Shown here: positions 39,990 through 52,539 of the stretch, in pieces
Numbering within the stretch: position 1 is the first letter of the stretch
How the letters are laid out: each line of letters begins with the position of its first letter
Origin: the human T2T-CHM13v2.0 reference genome, Homo sapiens
Assembly (NCBI RefSeq): GCF_009914755.1
Contig: NC_060935.1
Direction: 5' to 3' (one strand)
Length of the DNA: 64,000 nt
The notes under the pieces: generated by a model
What the model was told of the DNA's origin: nothing
Database searches by the model: none
Seen by the model: the letters and a program-made list of their open reading frames with translations, nothing else
Position numbers and translations under genes: made by a program

Positions 39990-40260
39990 GGATAATAATG
40001 ACAACTAACATGCACCGTATGCCAGGAATCATGCTGCGCACTTAATATTCATTACTTCATTCAATCTTTCCATCACTCCTATGTGGTGGAGAACACTATC
40101 TGCAGTGCCACTAACGAGCAACGTTTGATCTCCCTAATATGTAACTAAGATACAAAGTAGTTAAGAGACTTAAGTTGTATAACCACAAGGTCACATAACT
40201 AGATCTGGATATACCATTATAGGGATCCAGATCAGTATGACTCCAGAGCTTGTATTCTTA
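39990..40260 (-). mobile_element. MIR SINE
   Basis: tatgccagg...ttcattcaatctt...caaggtcacataact...tgactccagagc. Confidence 0.7.
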
Positions 40261-41098
40261 AGAGTTTTCAGAATATCTTCCATGTATATGTTCCAGTCAT
40301 ACCTCACAACAGACATTACAGAACAGTAGAGCTGAATATTTCATGCAATTGTGTAAAGAACACCAATTCTAAAAATTATCATTAGGTATCCCATTCATTT
40401 TTTTTAATTGTCAAGTAAGATTAGATAATAAACCAATACAATTTTCTTTACTGAAGTTTTTCATGATTGGGCTGTGACTCTTCACAAGAGAGCTGTATAG
40501 CTAGTGGTATTATCTAAACTGATGAATTGTGGGGTCCCCTTGAAGAAGGCCCAAGCCCCAATAGAGATGAAAATGTTCTAAATGAGGCTGTAGAGAATCA
40601 GACAATTGAAGGACATTTCTAGCAGACTGACTTGGTAAATATTATAGTTAATACCTGCAGATTGACATTGCATTCTATTAATGTTCAGTAAAACGGTTAT
40701 ATATCATAGTTCATTCAAATATATTTTACTCTTTGCAATTTGTAGAGTATACTGAAAGATATTTTCATGGATGATGTTCAATATTCTTACTAGTAAATGC
40801 ATATTGTAAGTAACTTTACAGAGAGAATGTCTAATCAGAGACTAAACTGACTTCACATAGACAGTAGGAAGAAGTCCATGAAGTGGATTTGAGTCCTCTC
40901 CTTGCTATGTAGTTTATTTTTTCATTTACAAAATGAATAATACTTATATCAAAAAAGCAATGATGTAAATAAAATTTTTATGCTAGACATACATATGACA
41001 GAAGGTGGTTATTAATTTTAGTAAAAGCAGAGGTCAGAGGTCTGTGCTTTTTTAGACTAGTAATTGATATCTCCTCTCAAGGATAGCCCTGGAGCTTC

Positions 41099-41100
<2 letters not shown>

Positions 41101-41144
<44 letters not shown>
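41101..41144. repeat. (AC)22 microsatellite
   Basis: Direct reading. Confidence 0.97.
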
Positions 41145-41148
<4 letters not shown>

Positions 41149-41329
41149 CAAAAAACAAAAAAAACACCTAAGCATTGACTGGTCTTGGAACTGCTCAAAT
41201 TCCCTTGACTTCCTAATTTACTCAAATAAGTCATCTTCTCTAATGGAACTTTAAAATTGAGAGTGGTTCACTATGCTGTGGAGGAGTGAGGCCAGCAGGA
41301 GACAGCCATTCATTCGTCCAAGTGGGTGA

Positions 41330-41530
41330 ATAGGGAAGAGTCTGGGCTCAGGATCCAGACTCCTTGGACTCTCATTCTGGCTGCCTCACCTACTCCCTGC
41401 TCTTTGTTCTCATCTGCAACATCCAGACAGTGAAAGTACCAACGCAGAAGGTTGTCATGAGCATTAAATGAACTAACCGCGATAAAGAACTTAGAATAAT
41501 GCCTGACACATATTAACACCATAAATGTTA
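41330..41530 (+). mobile_element. MIR SINE
   Basis: ctcatctgcaa ... gcattaaatgaacta ... tgcctgacaca. Confidence 0.7.
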
Positions 41531-43094
41531 ATGATTCTAGTTCTTCCATGCCCAATCAATGATAATGCAGCCACTTTCATTATCCTCTATGCTAATTATA
41601 CTTTATTCTATTCACTAAACAGAACTAACTAGCAATGTTTTGTTAGCCTAATACTAGTTATTGTATTTGAGAATAACAAATTATTATTTTATTATAAATT
41701 ATTCATAATTTGAAATGTTTACAAACAGAAACTAGCTGGCTTCATGAATGAAGGCGTACTGATTTTTTAATTTTTGAAAATTAACATCCATTGATTTTGA
41801 TACAATTCCTCCAAGATATTGTCTAGTATTAGGCATCTGCTTAAGCTATTGCTTTTCTCACCTTGTTAGATATAACTCATTCACACAACTAGATCAGGCT
41901 TATCACTACCCCATAAAAAGGATAATTACAATCAGGAACATCAAAAATGTGGCAGAAACAAACGAGAGAACTGAAGAGTTGAAACTTGATATTTCATCTC
42001 TTGTTTGCTAATGGTGCAAATGCTTTTTCCCTCTTCATATTAATAGTAATGAGATCTTTGAATATAATGTATATTTCTTGGTAACTGCCTTTTTTCCCCA
42101 GTTGCTAAGTAATATTTCACCTTTCATCAGAAGAGAAAGATAGATGGTACTTAACCTGCTTTGCAAGTCAGAGTACCAGATAACTCAATTCATTTCTGGA
42201 ATGCCAAATGAGGTTTTTATTCTCACTAGAGGAAGCCAAGGGAGTGTAAATATGACTCTAGTTCATTATTGCCTTTGTGCCTCCTACAGCCTTAGAAATG
42301 TGTTAGAGTATATTAAGTTTTAAAACAACATTATTTTTAGAGTACTTGGCAAAAATTATCTTTCAAAATCTCTGTACTAAATTTCATTTCGACAAATTAA
42401 AAACAAAAAAATTGATATTTAGCTTATTTAGACATGACCTTTGTTAACATTCATTTGGAGAATCTTAAATTAAGATTGAGACATAATAGCTAATAAAAAT
42501 AAGGAGTCAGGTTACAACCTGAGTCTCATTATAAAAATTATTACACTTATAATTGTTTATATTATATACATATTTAAACTTGTTTATGTTTTTTTCTGTT
42601 TTGTTTTACATTATGCCACTCAGTACAGAGCATTCTCACTGTAATGTTAGTGGTCTAATGAATGTTTTGTATATCAGAGCAATATATTTACATGATACAG
42701 CTGATCTGGATATGTACAGATGGATATGAAAATATTTCTTGAAGGAATAATTCCCTTGGATGTCATACTACTAATACTTATCAAGCAACTATTTTCTGGA
42801 AGTCAATAAATACAGTATACAACTTCCTACATTATTGCTTTGGAGTTTACTGTGAATACCAGAGGTCCTGAAATCAATCAATCAGTTGTCTGACCTACTG
42901 CCTACCACACACTTCTTGTTTCTGCTGACCTTGTTTATTTGCTCAACTTAATGTGCTTACCTTCTAACCAAATAATCTCTTCTCCAGCCCACTGATTATT
43001 TCATTTCCTCTGATTTAGTTTTCTCTGTTTTGAATAGTTTACCTCATTAGGACCTTCCATTATCCCTAAGGATATTTCTGAGTGAAAACAATCA

Positions 43095-43290
43095 AAATCA
43101 TTGCTGTTACTCCTATGTACCAGACACTTTAAAAAGGACTTCATATGTTTTATATCATTTAGTCCCCAAATACACACATGAGTTATTATTATTCTTATTT
43201 TACAAATGAAAGAATTGAGGCTTAGAGAAGTTGCATAACTCACCCAAGGTCAAAATCCTATCTGACTCAAGTCTACACTCCTAACCACAA
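43095..43290 (-). mobile_element. MIR SINE
   Basis: attttacaaatgaaagaattgaggcttagagaagtt...cccaaggtca. Confidence 0.8.
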
Positions 43291-45009
43291 AGGTGAGTTT
43301 GAAAGATTCTTTAAAAACTAGGACTAGCCTACTACTGTTAACCTACCCTTGTAAACTGCTAATGTTATTACTGTGAACATTCATAGATCCTTATTGAATT
43401 TTAAATCAAAAGCTTGAGAGACTAAGTTTTCATGATTCTCTATGTCCATCATTTGGCATTGACGATATGGACAATCAAAGGCAAAAAAATCTACTTCTGA
43501 TAACAGGAGAATAAATAGAAGGAGATGACAAAGTGTATAGTTAATAATGTATACTTTTAATGTGGTTCTGTATTTCTTAGTCCTTTGAATTTTATTTAGC
43601 CTTTCAATTATTATTTGCTGGATTTCTGCTTTAAATTAAAATACAATCTTATTAAAAGAGATAGCTATATCTTTCTTATTCTATATACCAATCCTCATAT
43701 TACATTAGGCTCATGAATAAATAGCAAATCAAATGGAAAAATTCATATTTTAGTTATACCTAGGTGAATTAGAAAAAAATGGAGGACACAGCAAAAGTGA
43801 ACAACTAAAGAGAAGTCCCAAAATACATACTAAAAATATAATTTTGTTCTGTTCTCATTCTCCATCGTTTATACCATAAATTATAACACTAGTACTATAG
43901 TTGTATTTCAATAACAGAAAAGACATGGAATAAAAATGATAAAACTGCTTTAAAAATAAAATAACTTGGTAATTTAGTAACAGATGACTAATATGATTTT
44001 TGTAGACATATCAGAAAACCAGCATGTAATATTGGTGAGAGTATGGAAATTAGCCAGAAGATTCTGTTTGGGTTTTTGAATATTTTAGTTACTTGCTTGC
44101 ACAAGTTGCATAACTTTTCTTACTAATTTGTAAAAGAGATTGATAATCCCTGACCTATGACACTTTTTAAAAATCAAGGGAGATATTACACATAAAAGTC
44201 ATAAAACCATAAAATATTGTATAAATGTATATTTTTTACTTATTTTTTAAGCAGTCCACAGTCAATCTCAGGTTCTAGTTGATAGGTTTCAGCTAAGGAG
44301 TTGTCTGTTGAAAGCCGGAGTGCATCAAAGTGAATGGGAGGTTGGGTAAAGGAAGAGGAGATGAGGGTCAGGACTAGATGGGTGGCAGCAAAAATAAAAA
44401 ATTAAAGAGGCAATTTTGGAAACATTATGAAAGAATAGGAGACTCAGATTCTCATCTACTACAAATGAATAATTATTAATCTTGTAAATAATATGGTTGA
44501 AGGACAATAAAATAAAGAGTACATAGATCTTGGTGCCCCTCCTGCTTTCACTGTACTCCAGTGGGAAGTATCAGATCCTGTGTAACTTGGCCCTCTCCTC
44601 TGTTATCAGTGTTTCTCACATAGCAGGTGCTCAATAAGTATTTACTGAGCAAAGAAATGAATAAATTAATGAATAGGTCACAGGGTTATTGTGTCAAATA
44701 AGATAATGTATTGAAAAGTGACTAATAATGTATCAAAAGAGCTCTGTTAATTGTAAATAATGACATATAGGAAAATGTTATTACTAACTTACAGGAAGTA
44801 TTTTTAGGTTTCTTAGTAAGAAAGTTCCAATAAAGCTCTTCAAAAATTAATTGGGTTACCTTCAAAATAGTGAATTCCCTATCTCTGAAAGTTTAAACAT
44901 AGAAGTTGAATCATCTTCCATCACATAACCAAAATAATTACTACTGAGAGCGGGAGAGTGAATGAATAAGGTCTCATGCAATTTTAAGATTCTACAGTGC
45001 CATTAGGAA

Positions 45010-45235
45010 TGATACCTAATGTTTATTTGATGCTTGTTTGGTGTTTGTTAGGCACAGTGCTGATCGCCTTGCATTCTATTTTGTTAACCCCTAAAGCAAT
45101 CCTTGAGATAAATATTATTATTACATACAGAAAAATGGGGGCTCTGACAAGTTAAAGAACTTGCCTGCATCATAAGCTAGGACATAACTAAGGAAGGATT
45201 TTAAGCCATATTTATCTAACTCCTGAGCTTTCAGT
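45010..45235 (-). mobile_element. MIR SINE
   Basis: aggcacagtgct ... gggctctgacaagttaaagaacttgcct. Confidence 0.65.
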
Positions 45236-45294
45236 TTAAAGTGTGTATCACTATGATACTCTGTCTCATAAAAGAGTAGTTTTCTCTGTTCCAG

Positions 45295-45404
45295 TTTACC
45301 TTCTAAATGATTGGTGTTGGCTGCTTGATGATTCAAGTCTCTGTTACCAGAAGCAAATCAAAAGTACCATTTCTGATTTCATGAATCCCTTTAACTACCA
45401 AATG
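45295..45404 (+). other. Candidate internal exon (110 nt), host transcript unknown
   Basis: Acceptor ttttctctgttccag and donor ATG|gtacgt; one frame open. Confidence 0.25.
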
Positions 45405-45693
45405 GTACGTGATGCATGGAAAGAAGCAAATAACTATAATATGATTTTTTGGAGTGAAAAATACATTTTTAATAAGGTGTCATTGATACTTAATATTCCA
45501 GAAGCAGTGCTCAAGATTTTGAACCAATTAGAGATTTGGGCTTCATCTGACCAGACATTATTACAAATTTTACAATAATAGTTTAGTAGATGATTACTGC
45601 CCCCGGCATATGAAAATGTTCCATGTAAACATCTCATTACCAAGACTAAATATTAAAGAAATGTATTCCTCTAAAAGGCCCTTTGTGTTTCAG

Positions 45694-45734
45694 AATATGG
45701 AAATAATTCTTCTGTTCATTTCATATTATTCAAG
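45694..45734 (+). other. Candidate internal exon (41 nt)
   Basis: Acceptor ccctttgtgtttcag and consensus donor AAG|gtaagt. Confidence 0.25.
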
Positions 45735-46669
45735 GTAAGTGTTGGCATCCTAACTGTATATGGCCTCCAAATAAGGAGTTAATACTAATGTATTCTATTA
45801 CTCCTTAGCTCATGGTAATCATGCCAAGAACACTTTTTAAAATTAACCCCATGCTCTCTCATGGGTTCATTTAAGAAGAAATGTTATAAGAATTCTTTGG
45901 AATTAGTGAAAAACAATTTTGTCCTCCTACCATTAAGTCTGTCTTCATATCTAAAGCAGAATAGGCACAAAGGAAAGTAGTTACTAGCTTTGTGTTAATG
46001 ACTTTTAATTTGTGTACACTTAACAGTATCTTGAAAAATTGTCTTACCTGGTGGATTCTCTGTTTGGTCAGATATCTAAATTAAAAAGGCCTTTCTCTAT
46101 GAGTTTCTTGGATCAGTTATCTTAGTTTTAGAGTCATATGGTGTGAAGGACTAAAAGATACATTAGAAATCAACTAGAATAATTTCCTCATTTTATAGGT
46201 GAAAGAAATTGCCTGTAAGTGAAATGACTTACTTAATGACACACAGAAAAATGGGGCAGAAGAAGACTTAGACCCCAAGTGTCTTATTTCCTAGTTTTTA
46301 TCCTATGCATGATTCATGGAGGAGTTCCTGATTGTGCTACAATATAAAATCATGTCATTTCCAACCCTTTTAAAGTGGCATTTCCTGCCACAACTTCCAA
46401 ACCCCGCCCCCAAATTCCAATTAAAACAGTACACTGAGTTTAATATTCATCAAAAACAAACAAAAAAAAATTAAAGTAACAATGTATTTAATCTTTTATT
46501 CTTTCAGAGAGTGATTAAGACATATACTGTGTGTAAGATACTGTGTGTAAGAGACCGTAGCTTCTGCTTAAAAACATTATTTAAGCTTAATTTCAATAGC
46601 AACAGAGAAAATTGGAGATGACTGATAAATACATTTAAAGCAGGCAAAATTTGAGATGTTTTCTTAAAC

Positions 46670-47020
46670 ATTCATTTCTGTATTAATGTATTCACTTAAC
46701 AAATACCTAGCACTTTATCTGGGTCAATCCTCATGTTAGACACGAGAGATACAATGATAAACACAAATAGGCCTGGAACTGCCTATTTGAGCTTTTAATA
46801 TAATGGAGAAGCTTATCTCAAATAAGTATCACACTAATTAATGAGTAATAAATTAGGTTAAGTAAATTAACTGCTTTTCTGAAGGAAAGAGGTGTGATCC
46901 TATGCATATGTGTAACAAAAGAAACAGACCTAGATTAGGACTGAGGTAGTCAAGGAGAACTTCTGGAAGGAGGTGACACTTAAACTGAGAACTGACTGAA
47001 GAATGGGTGTCAGCTAGCCA
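46670..47020 (-). mobile_element. L2 relic
   Basis: ttcacttaacaaatacct ... ggagaacttctggaaggaggtgacacttaaactgaga. Confidence 0.7.
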
Positions 47021-47049
47021 AAAGATAGATGGCAGTAGTGGAGTGAAGG

Positions 47050-49021
47050 AGCTAGAAGTGATTAAACTTGTTGAAGAAGGCATGTCAAATGCCAAGACAG
47101 GCCAAAAGCTAGGCCTCTTGTGGCAGACAGTTAGCCAAGCTGTGAATGCAACGGAAAAGTCCTGGACAGAATTTACAAGTGCATCTCCATTGAATACACA
47201 AATGATAAGAGTGCACAACAGTCTTTGCTGCTATGGAGAAAATTCTGGTGGTCTAGGTAGATCAAGCCAACCACAACATTCCCTTAAACTAAATCCTACT
47301 CTAGAGCAGAGCCTTAATCCTCTTCAATTCTATAAAGTTTGACAGAGGTGAGGAAGCTGTAGAAAAAAAAATTTTGAACCTTGAAGAGGTTGGTTCATGA
47401 GGTTGAAGAAAATAAATCATCTCCATAACATAAAATCACAAGGTGAGCCAGCAAGTGCTGACGTAGAAGCTGCAGCAAGTTACCCAGAAGATATAACTAA
47501 GGGCATTGATGAAAGTGTCTACACTAAACAGTAGATTTTCAATGTAGACAAAACAGCCTTATTTTGGAAGAGGATGCCGTCTACGACTTCCAAAGCTAGA
47601 GAAGAGAAGTGAATGCCTGGCTTCAAAGCTGATTCTCTTGTTAGGGGCTAATGTAACTGGTGATTCTAAGTTGAAGCCAATATTCATTTAATACTCCAAA
47701 AATTGTAGGGCTCTTGAGAATTATGCTAAATCTACTCTGCCTATGCTCTATAAATGATACAACAAAGACTGGATAACACAACATCTATTTACAGCTTGCT
47801 TTACTGAATATTTTAAGCCCACTGTTGAGAAATACTGCTCAGAATAAGATTCCTTTCAAAATGTTACCACTCATTGACAATGCACCTGGTCATCTCAGAG
47901 CCCTGTTGGAAATGGACAAAGAAATTAATGTGTTTTTCATGTCTGCTAACACAACATTAATTCTGCAGCCCTTGGATGAAGGAGTAATTTAATTTTCAAG
48001 TCTTATTATTTAAGAATTACATTTTGTAAGGCTTAAGCTAACATAGATAGTAATTCCTCTGATGCATCTGGGCAAAGTAAATTAAAAACGTTCTGGAAAA
48101 TGTTTACCATTGTAGATGCCATTAAGAACATTCATAGTTCATGGCAGGAGGTCAGAATATCAACATTAACAGGAGTTGGAAGAATTTGATTCCAACCCTT
48201 AGGGATGACTCTGAGGAGTTCAAGACTTCAGTAGAGGAAGTTACTGCAGATGTGTTAGGAAAGAGCAAGAGTAGTATTGGAATTGGAGACTGATGGTGTG
48301 ACTGAATTCCTGCAATCTCATGATAAAAGTTGAAGGGATGAGGAGTTGTCCCTTATGGATGAATAAAGAAAGTGGTTTCTTGAGATGGAATCTATTCCTG
48401 GTGAAGATGCTATGAACACTGATAAAGAAAGAAAGGATTTAGGATATCACATCAACTTTGTTGATAAAACTGTGGCAGGGTTTGAAGAGGGTTGACTCCT
48501 ATTTTTGAGAGAAGCTCTGTTGGGTGAAGTATGAACCAACAGCATTGCATGCTACAGAGAAATCTTTCATGAAAGGAAGAGTCCATTGATGCAGCAAACT
48601 GTATCGTTGTCTTATTTTAAGTAATTGCCACCAGTTACTTAAACTGTGACTGGACAAGCCATTTAATATTTCTGAATAATCTGAGTATTTGCCACTAGTC
48701 AGTTAAGCCACCACAGCCTTCAACAGCCATCACCCTGATAAGTCAGCAGCCATCTACGGTGAAGACCCTTCACCAGCGAAAAGATTAGAACTGGCTGAAG
48801 GCTCAGATTACGGTTAGCGTTTTATAGCAATAAATTATTTTAAATTAAGATATGTGCATTGTTTCTTAGACAAAATGCTATTGTACACTTAACCACAGTA
48901 TAGTATAACAATAACTTTTGTATGCATTGGAAAACAAGACATTTTTGTGACTTGCTTTATTAAGATACTGATTTTATTGAGGTGGTTTGCAACTAAATCC
49001 GCAATAGTTCTAAGGTGTGCT
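47050..49021 (+). mobile_element. Tigger1 DNA transposon, 5'-truncated, decayed pogo-type transposase
   Basis: ORF 47007..47342 LEVIKLVEEGMSNAKTGQKLGLLWQTVSQAVNA resembles the Tigger1/TIGD1 N-terminus; ttttcaatgtagacaaaacagcc (FNVD.T) DDE region; 3' end ccgcaatagttctaaggtgtgc. Confidence 0.95.
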
Positions 49022-51619
49022 AGAACTTTTCTTCCATAGTAGCTGAGATTTAAGTTGTCTAGTTAGTATGACTAAGTTTTTCCATTAATACAAATGTCTA
49101 TGCTCATATCTTCATTGACTATGCTCATTCACACCGGCCTTCTCTCTGTCCCTAGGCTAAAACTTATTCTAGTCTCATGACCTTTTTACCTGTTATTTAT
49201 TCCCTCCAACAAGAATATTTTCCTCCCAGATTCTGTGTAGGTATTTCTTATCCTTGAGGTCTTAGCTTACTGTTACTGTATGAAAATACTTCCCCCAACT
49301 TTTCTAGATAAAAGAACACACCACAGTTCCTGACCCATGGAAGGCACTCCACAAATAGTAGCTAATATGTTTAATGTTAAATAATAATAATTGAACGCCT
49401 TCTATTAGTCCTTGCACAGTAATAGCCACTTTTAACATTTCTAATTCTCACCATACAAATATTACCATCTCTCATTTTGCAAATAGATTATTCAGACAGA
49501 TTAAATGGCATGCCCAAAAGCTTGTGACAGTCTGTCTAAATATAAAATCTGTGTATGATTTTGTTTGCACTATGTCAATTTTCATTACAAGAAATAAAAT
49601 GCACAAATGATGCAGTTATTTTGGGCTTAACACTTCATAAGATAGTCAGGCTATTATGATTTTAGATTGGGTTATCCAAACAATACTATCATATTTCTCC
49701 AAAACCTTTCTATTTATGGCACTGGCTAAGCCCTACACTCAACCAACATTTTAACTTATTCTTGATTTCCTCATATACTCTAGTCAACAATGACTTAAAA
49801 TTCTTTTTGTACTTACAGTTATCCCCTACCACAGAAATTAGCTCTTGAGTGTTGTCAGTAAGCAGGTTGTTTCACATAAGTGAAAAAGGGATCAGTGATT
49901 ATCTCAAACGCACTGAGCATGTTTTATATTCTTGCGTGTCATCCATAGACAAGGATAGTTCCATGCTGTCTATGGTGGAGTACAAATTGGAAGTCAGAAA
50001 TGGCATCTTTTCTTTGCTCTGAGACTGATCTTGATGAGAAAGAAACTTAAACTTCAAGGCAACTTCAGAGAAAGGAAAAAAAAAGAATACACTGATTCTC
50101 TGATGCTTACTGTTAACTTTAAGATAGAAAAGAAATTATAGAAGGTATCCTGAAACAAAAACAAAAAAAAAAACTTTTTATTTATGGGTAAATAGGTGAA
50201 ATGTGCTAGAAATCTTGCCCACACTCTTCTTTTTATACATGAGGGGGATGAGGCAGGGAATTAAAGGGAGGTCAATTACACATGAGATTACAAGTGATGT
50301 TATTGTACTGACTGCCACTGTATTTTACAATGCCACACATAAAAGTTGATTGATGTTGATTTGACTCTGTTCAAAAAAATAACTTGAGCTAAATTGTGGA
50401 AGAGCTGTGAATGAATTGAAACAATAAATAAAATGAGTTCTTTTAATATTAAAAAGCTTAGCCACGGTCAAGCTTTCTAATTAGGTCAGCATAATTTAAA
50501 ATGGACTAAGAACCATCCCAGGTGGGGATATCAAATATTTATAATCTTGCCCCGGATGCTATCTCTGTGACCTTAGTGGTTTCAGAAGAGCACTTAATGT
50601 ACCCCTAGTTCCTATGAGATTTAGATATTTATGCAGACAACAGATTAAAAAGAACACGCAAAAATCTCACACAAATTCAAGAAATAATGAAGGTTACAAT
50701 TCTTTACGAATATTTGTCCTTTTCCTTTTTAGTCAGCATTAAGAAATACTGTCAGGCTTCATGTCCAAGTTAATGTGAAATGACAGATTATTCAGTTCAG
50801 AGCACTGTGAAGAGCTACAGGGTAAATGATTCAATGCCACCTCAACTATGTGTTTTTACTGAAAAAGTTATCAGTTTTGAACTATATCCAATTCTACAGC
50901 ATATTTCAGTGTAGGAACATCTCAGTGGAAACGTTTAGAACCCAGTGCAAAGTCACTCTGAAAGCATTTACTTAGCTTTATTGTGTTTGGTTTTAATTTC
51001 TCTCTCTTTGTGAGATCAATTTCTCATTAGTGCAAAGCCGAATACTTCCAGGGGAAAACGAAGGAATGTATTTAGTTGAGACAGGTTTTTACCAAACTAT
51101 TCGAAAAGCTAAAAGAAAAAAAAACCTCTAATATATAGTAGAAAAAAATGTTATAAATACGTTGGTTTATATCTAGCTATAAATAGTGTTTTTTCAAAGT
51201 ATGGTTCAAAGGAGAAACAACCATTAAGTTTTCAGTAGCTTTGTACTGTCAAGGAAAAACCAGCTTATTCATGTTAATACACATACTGTAGTACCATATG
51301 TACCTAAAACAGTGAAAAATCATAAAAAATATTTTAGCAGTGGAAATAAAGACAGTAATTGCAATCCAGTCAAATGAAGTTAATTCAAAATGCAAACGCA
51401 GTTTGCATTAAAACTAATAATATTAAAACAAATACTATTAAAACTAATAGTAGTTACTGTCTCTATCTGTAACTTTCACTCCCTGCCACCCAACTGTAGT
51501 TAGATAGCCAGAGATCTCATCATGAACCTTCATGGGGAAAAAAAAAATGTGGTCTGATAAATTAATTACATTAAAAAAAGTGATTAATCAAATACCCTGA
51601 TGAGGAAATGGAGAACATA

Positions 51620-52320
51620 TTAACTACCATTTGTTGACTACTTATTGTGTTATTATGATACTCATTTCCTTCCTCAAGTAAATTTCAGTCTAGGGAAAAC
51701 ATTTACAACAGAATATGCTGAGTGCTGGGATACTGAGGAGTAGACTAGAAGTATAAGAGGACAGAGGAAGAGTAATGATGTGTGGGTGAAAAGATAATAA
51801 CTAGGAATCTGGGAACATTACCTAGGTGTAATTTGAGTATCAGCAAAACAATAAAAATTAGAGAATGATAAGTAATGTATTAGATATGAGACTTGGAAGC
51901 AGGAAAAGTCTTACAGAAGTGAAGGAAGGCTATTTGCAAAAACTCAAGATCATGACAAAACAGACTCTTCAGAGACCAAGTAGTGCATTACGAATGGAAA
52001 ATAGGATGGATATAGATGTAAAAAAGCAGCTGGGATTTTGAGATGGAATCAGAAAGGCAGAAAGAGGTTATGATTATGAGGAATATCCTATGTCATGCTA
52101 AGAAGTTTGGGTTTTATCCTGAATGCAGTGGGGAGCATTAAGTCAGTTAGTGACATCAACCTATGTCACACTGTGAAGGCATCAAGACCAATGTGTTGAA
52201 ATGGGGAGTGGCCTGATACCAAAGGCAAAGGTAGCAGAATTGCAGTAACATAGATGAATCCTGATGAGAGTCTCAAATAAGGTAGGGGAGGTCAGATAAA
52301 GCAGTAATAACATAATTAAG
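51620..52320 (-). mobile_element. L2 relic
   Basis: atgtcatgctaagaagtttgggttttatcctgaatgcagtggggagc. Confidence 0.65.
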
Positions 52321-52539
52321 CCTAAGGTGGGAACAAAGCTACATTAGGCACCCAGTATACTGAAGAAACACCTAAAATTCTGGAAATCAGACAGCTCCTC
52401 CAGAGCCTTGCTAGCTGCACCAGCTCTGCTTATCCAAATCCTTATCAGCATAGCATTGCCTTCCCCATTATGCCACCTTCCATTCCTCACCCCTTTACAT
52501 ATGAGAATATTAAAGAGAAGGGAAGACATTTTTTGCACA

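Noticed and set aside
47007-47342. TIGD1-like ORF
   Set aside because: Decayed Tigger1 with many frameshifts; not a domesticated gene
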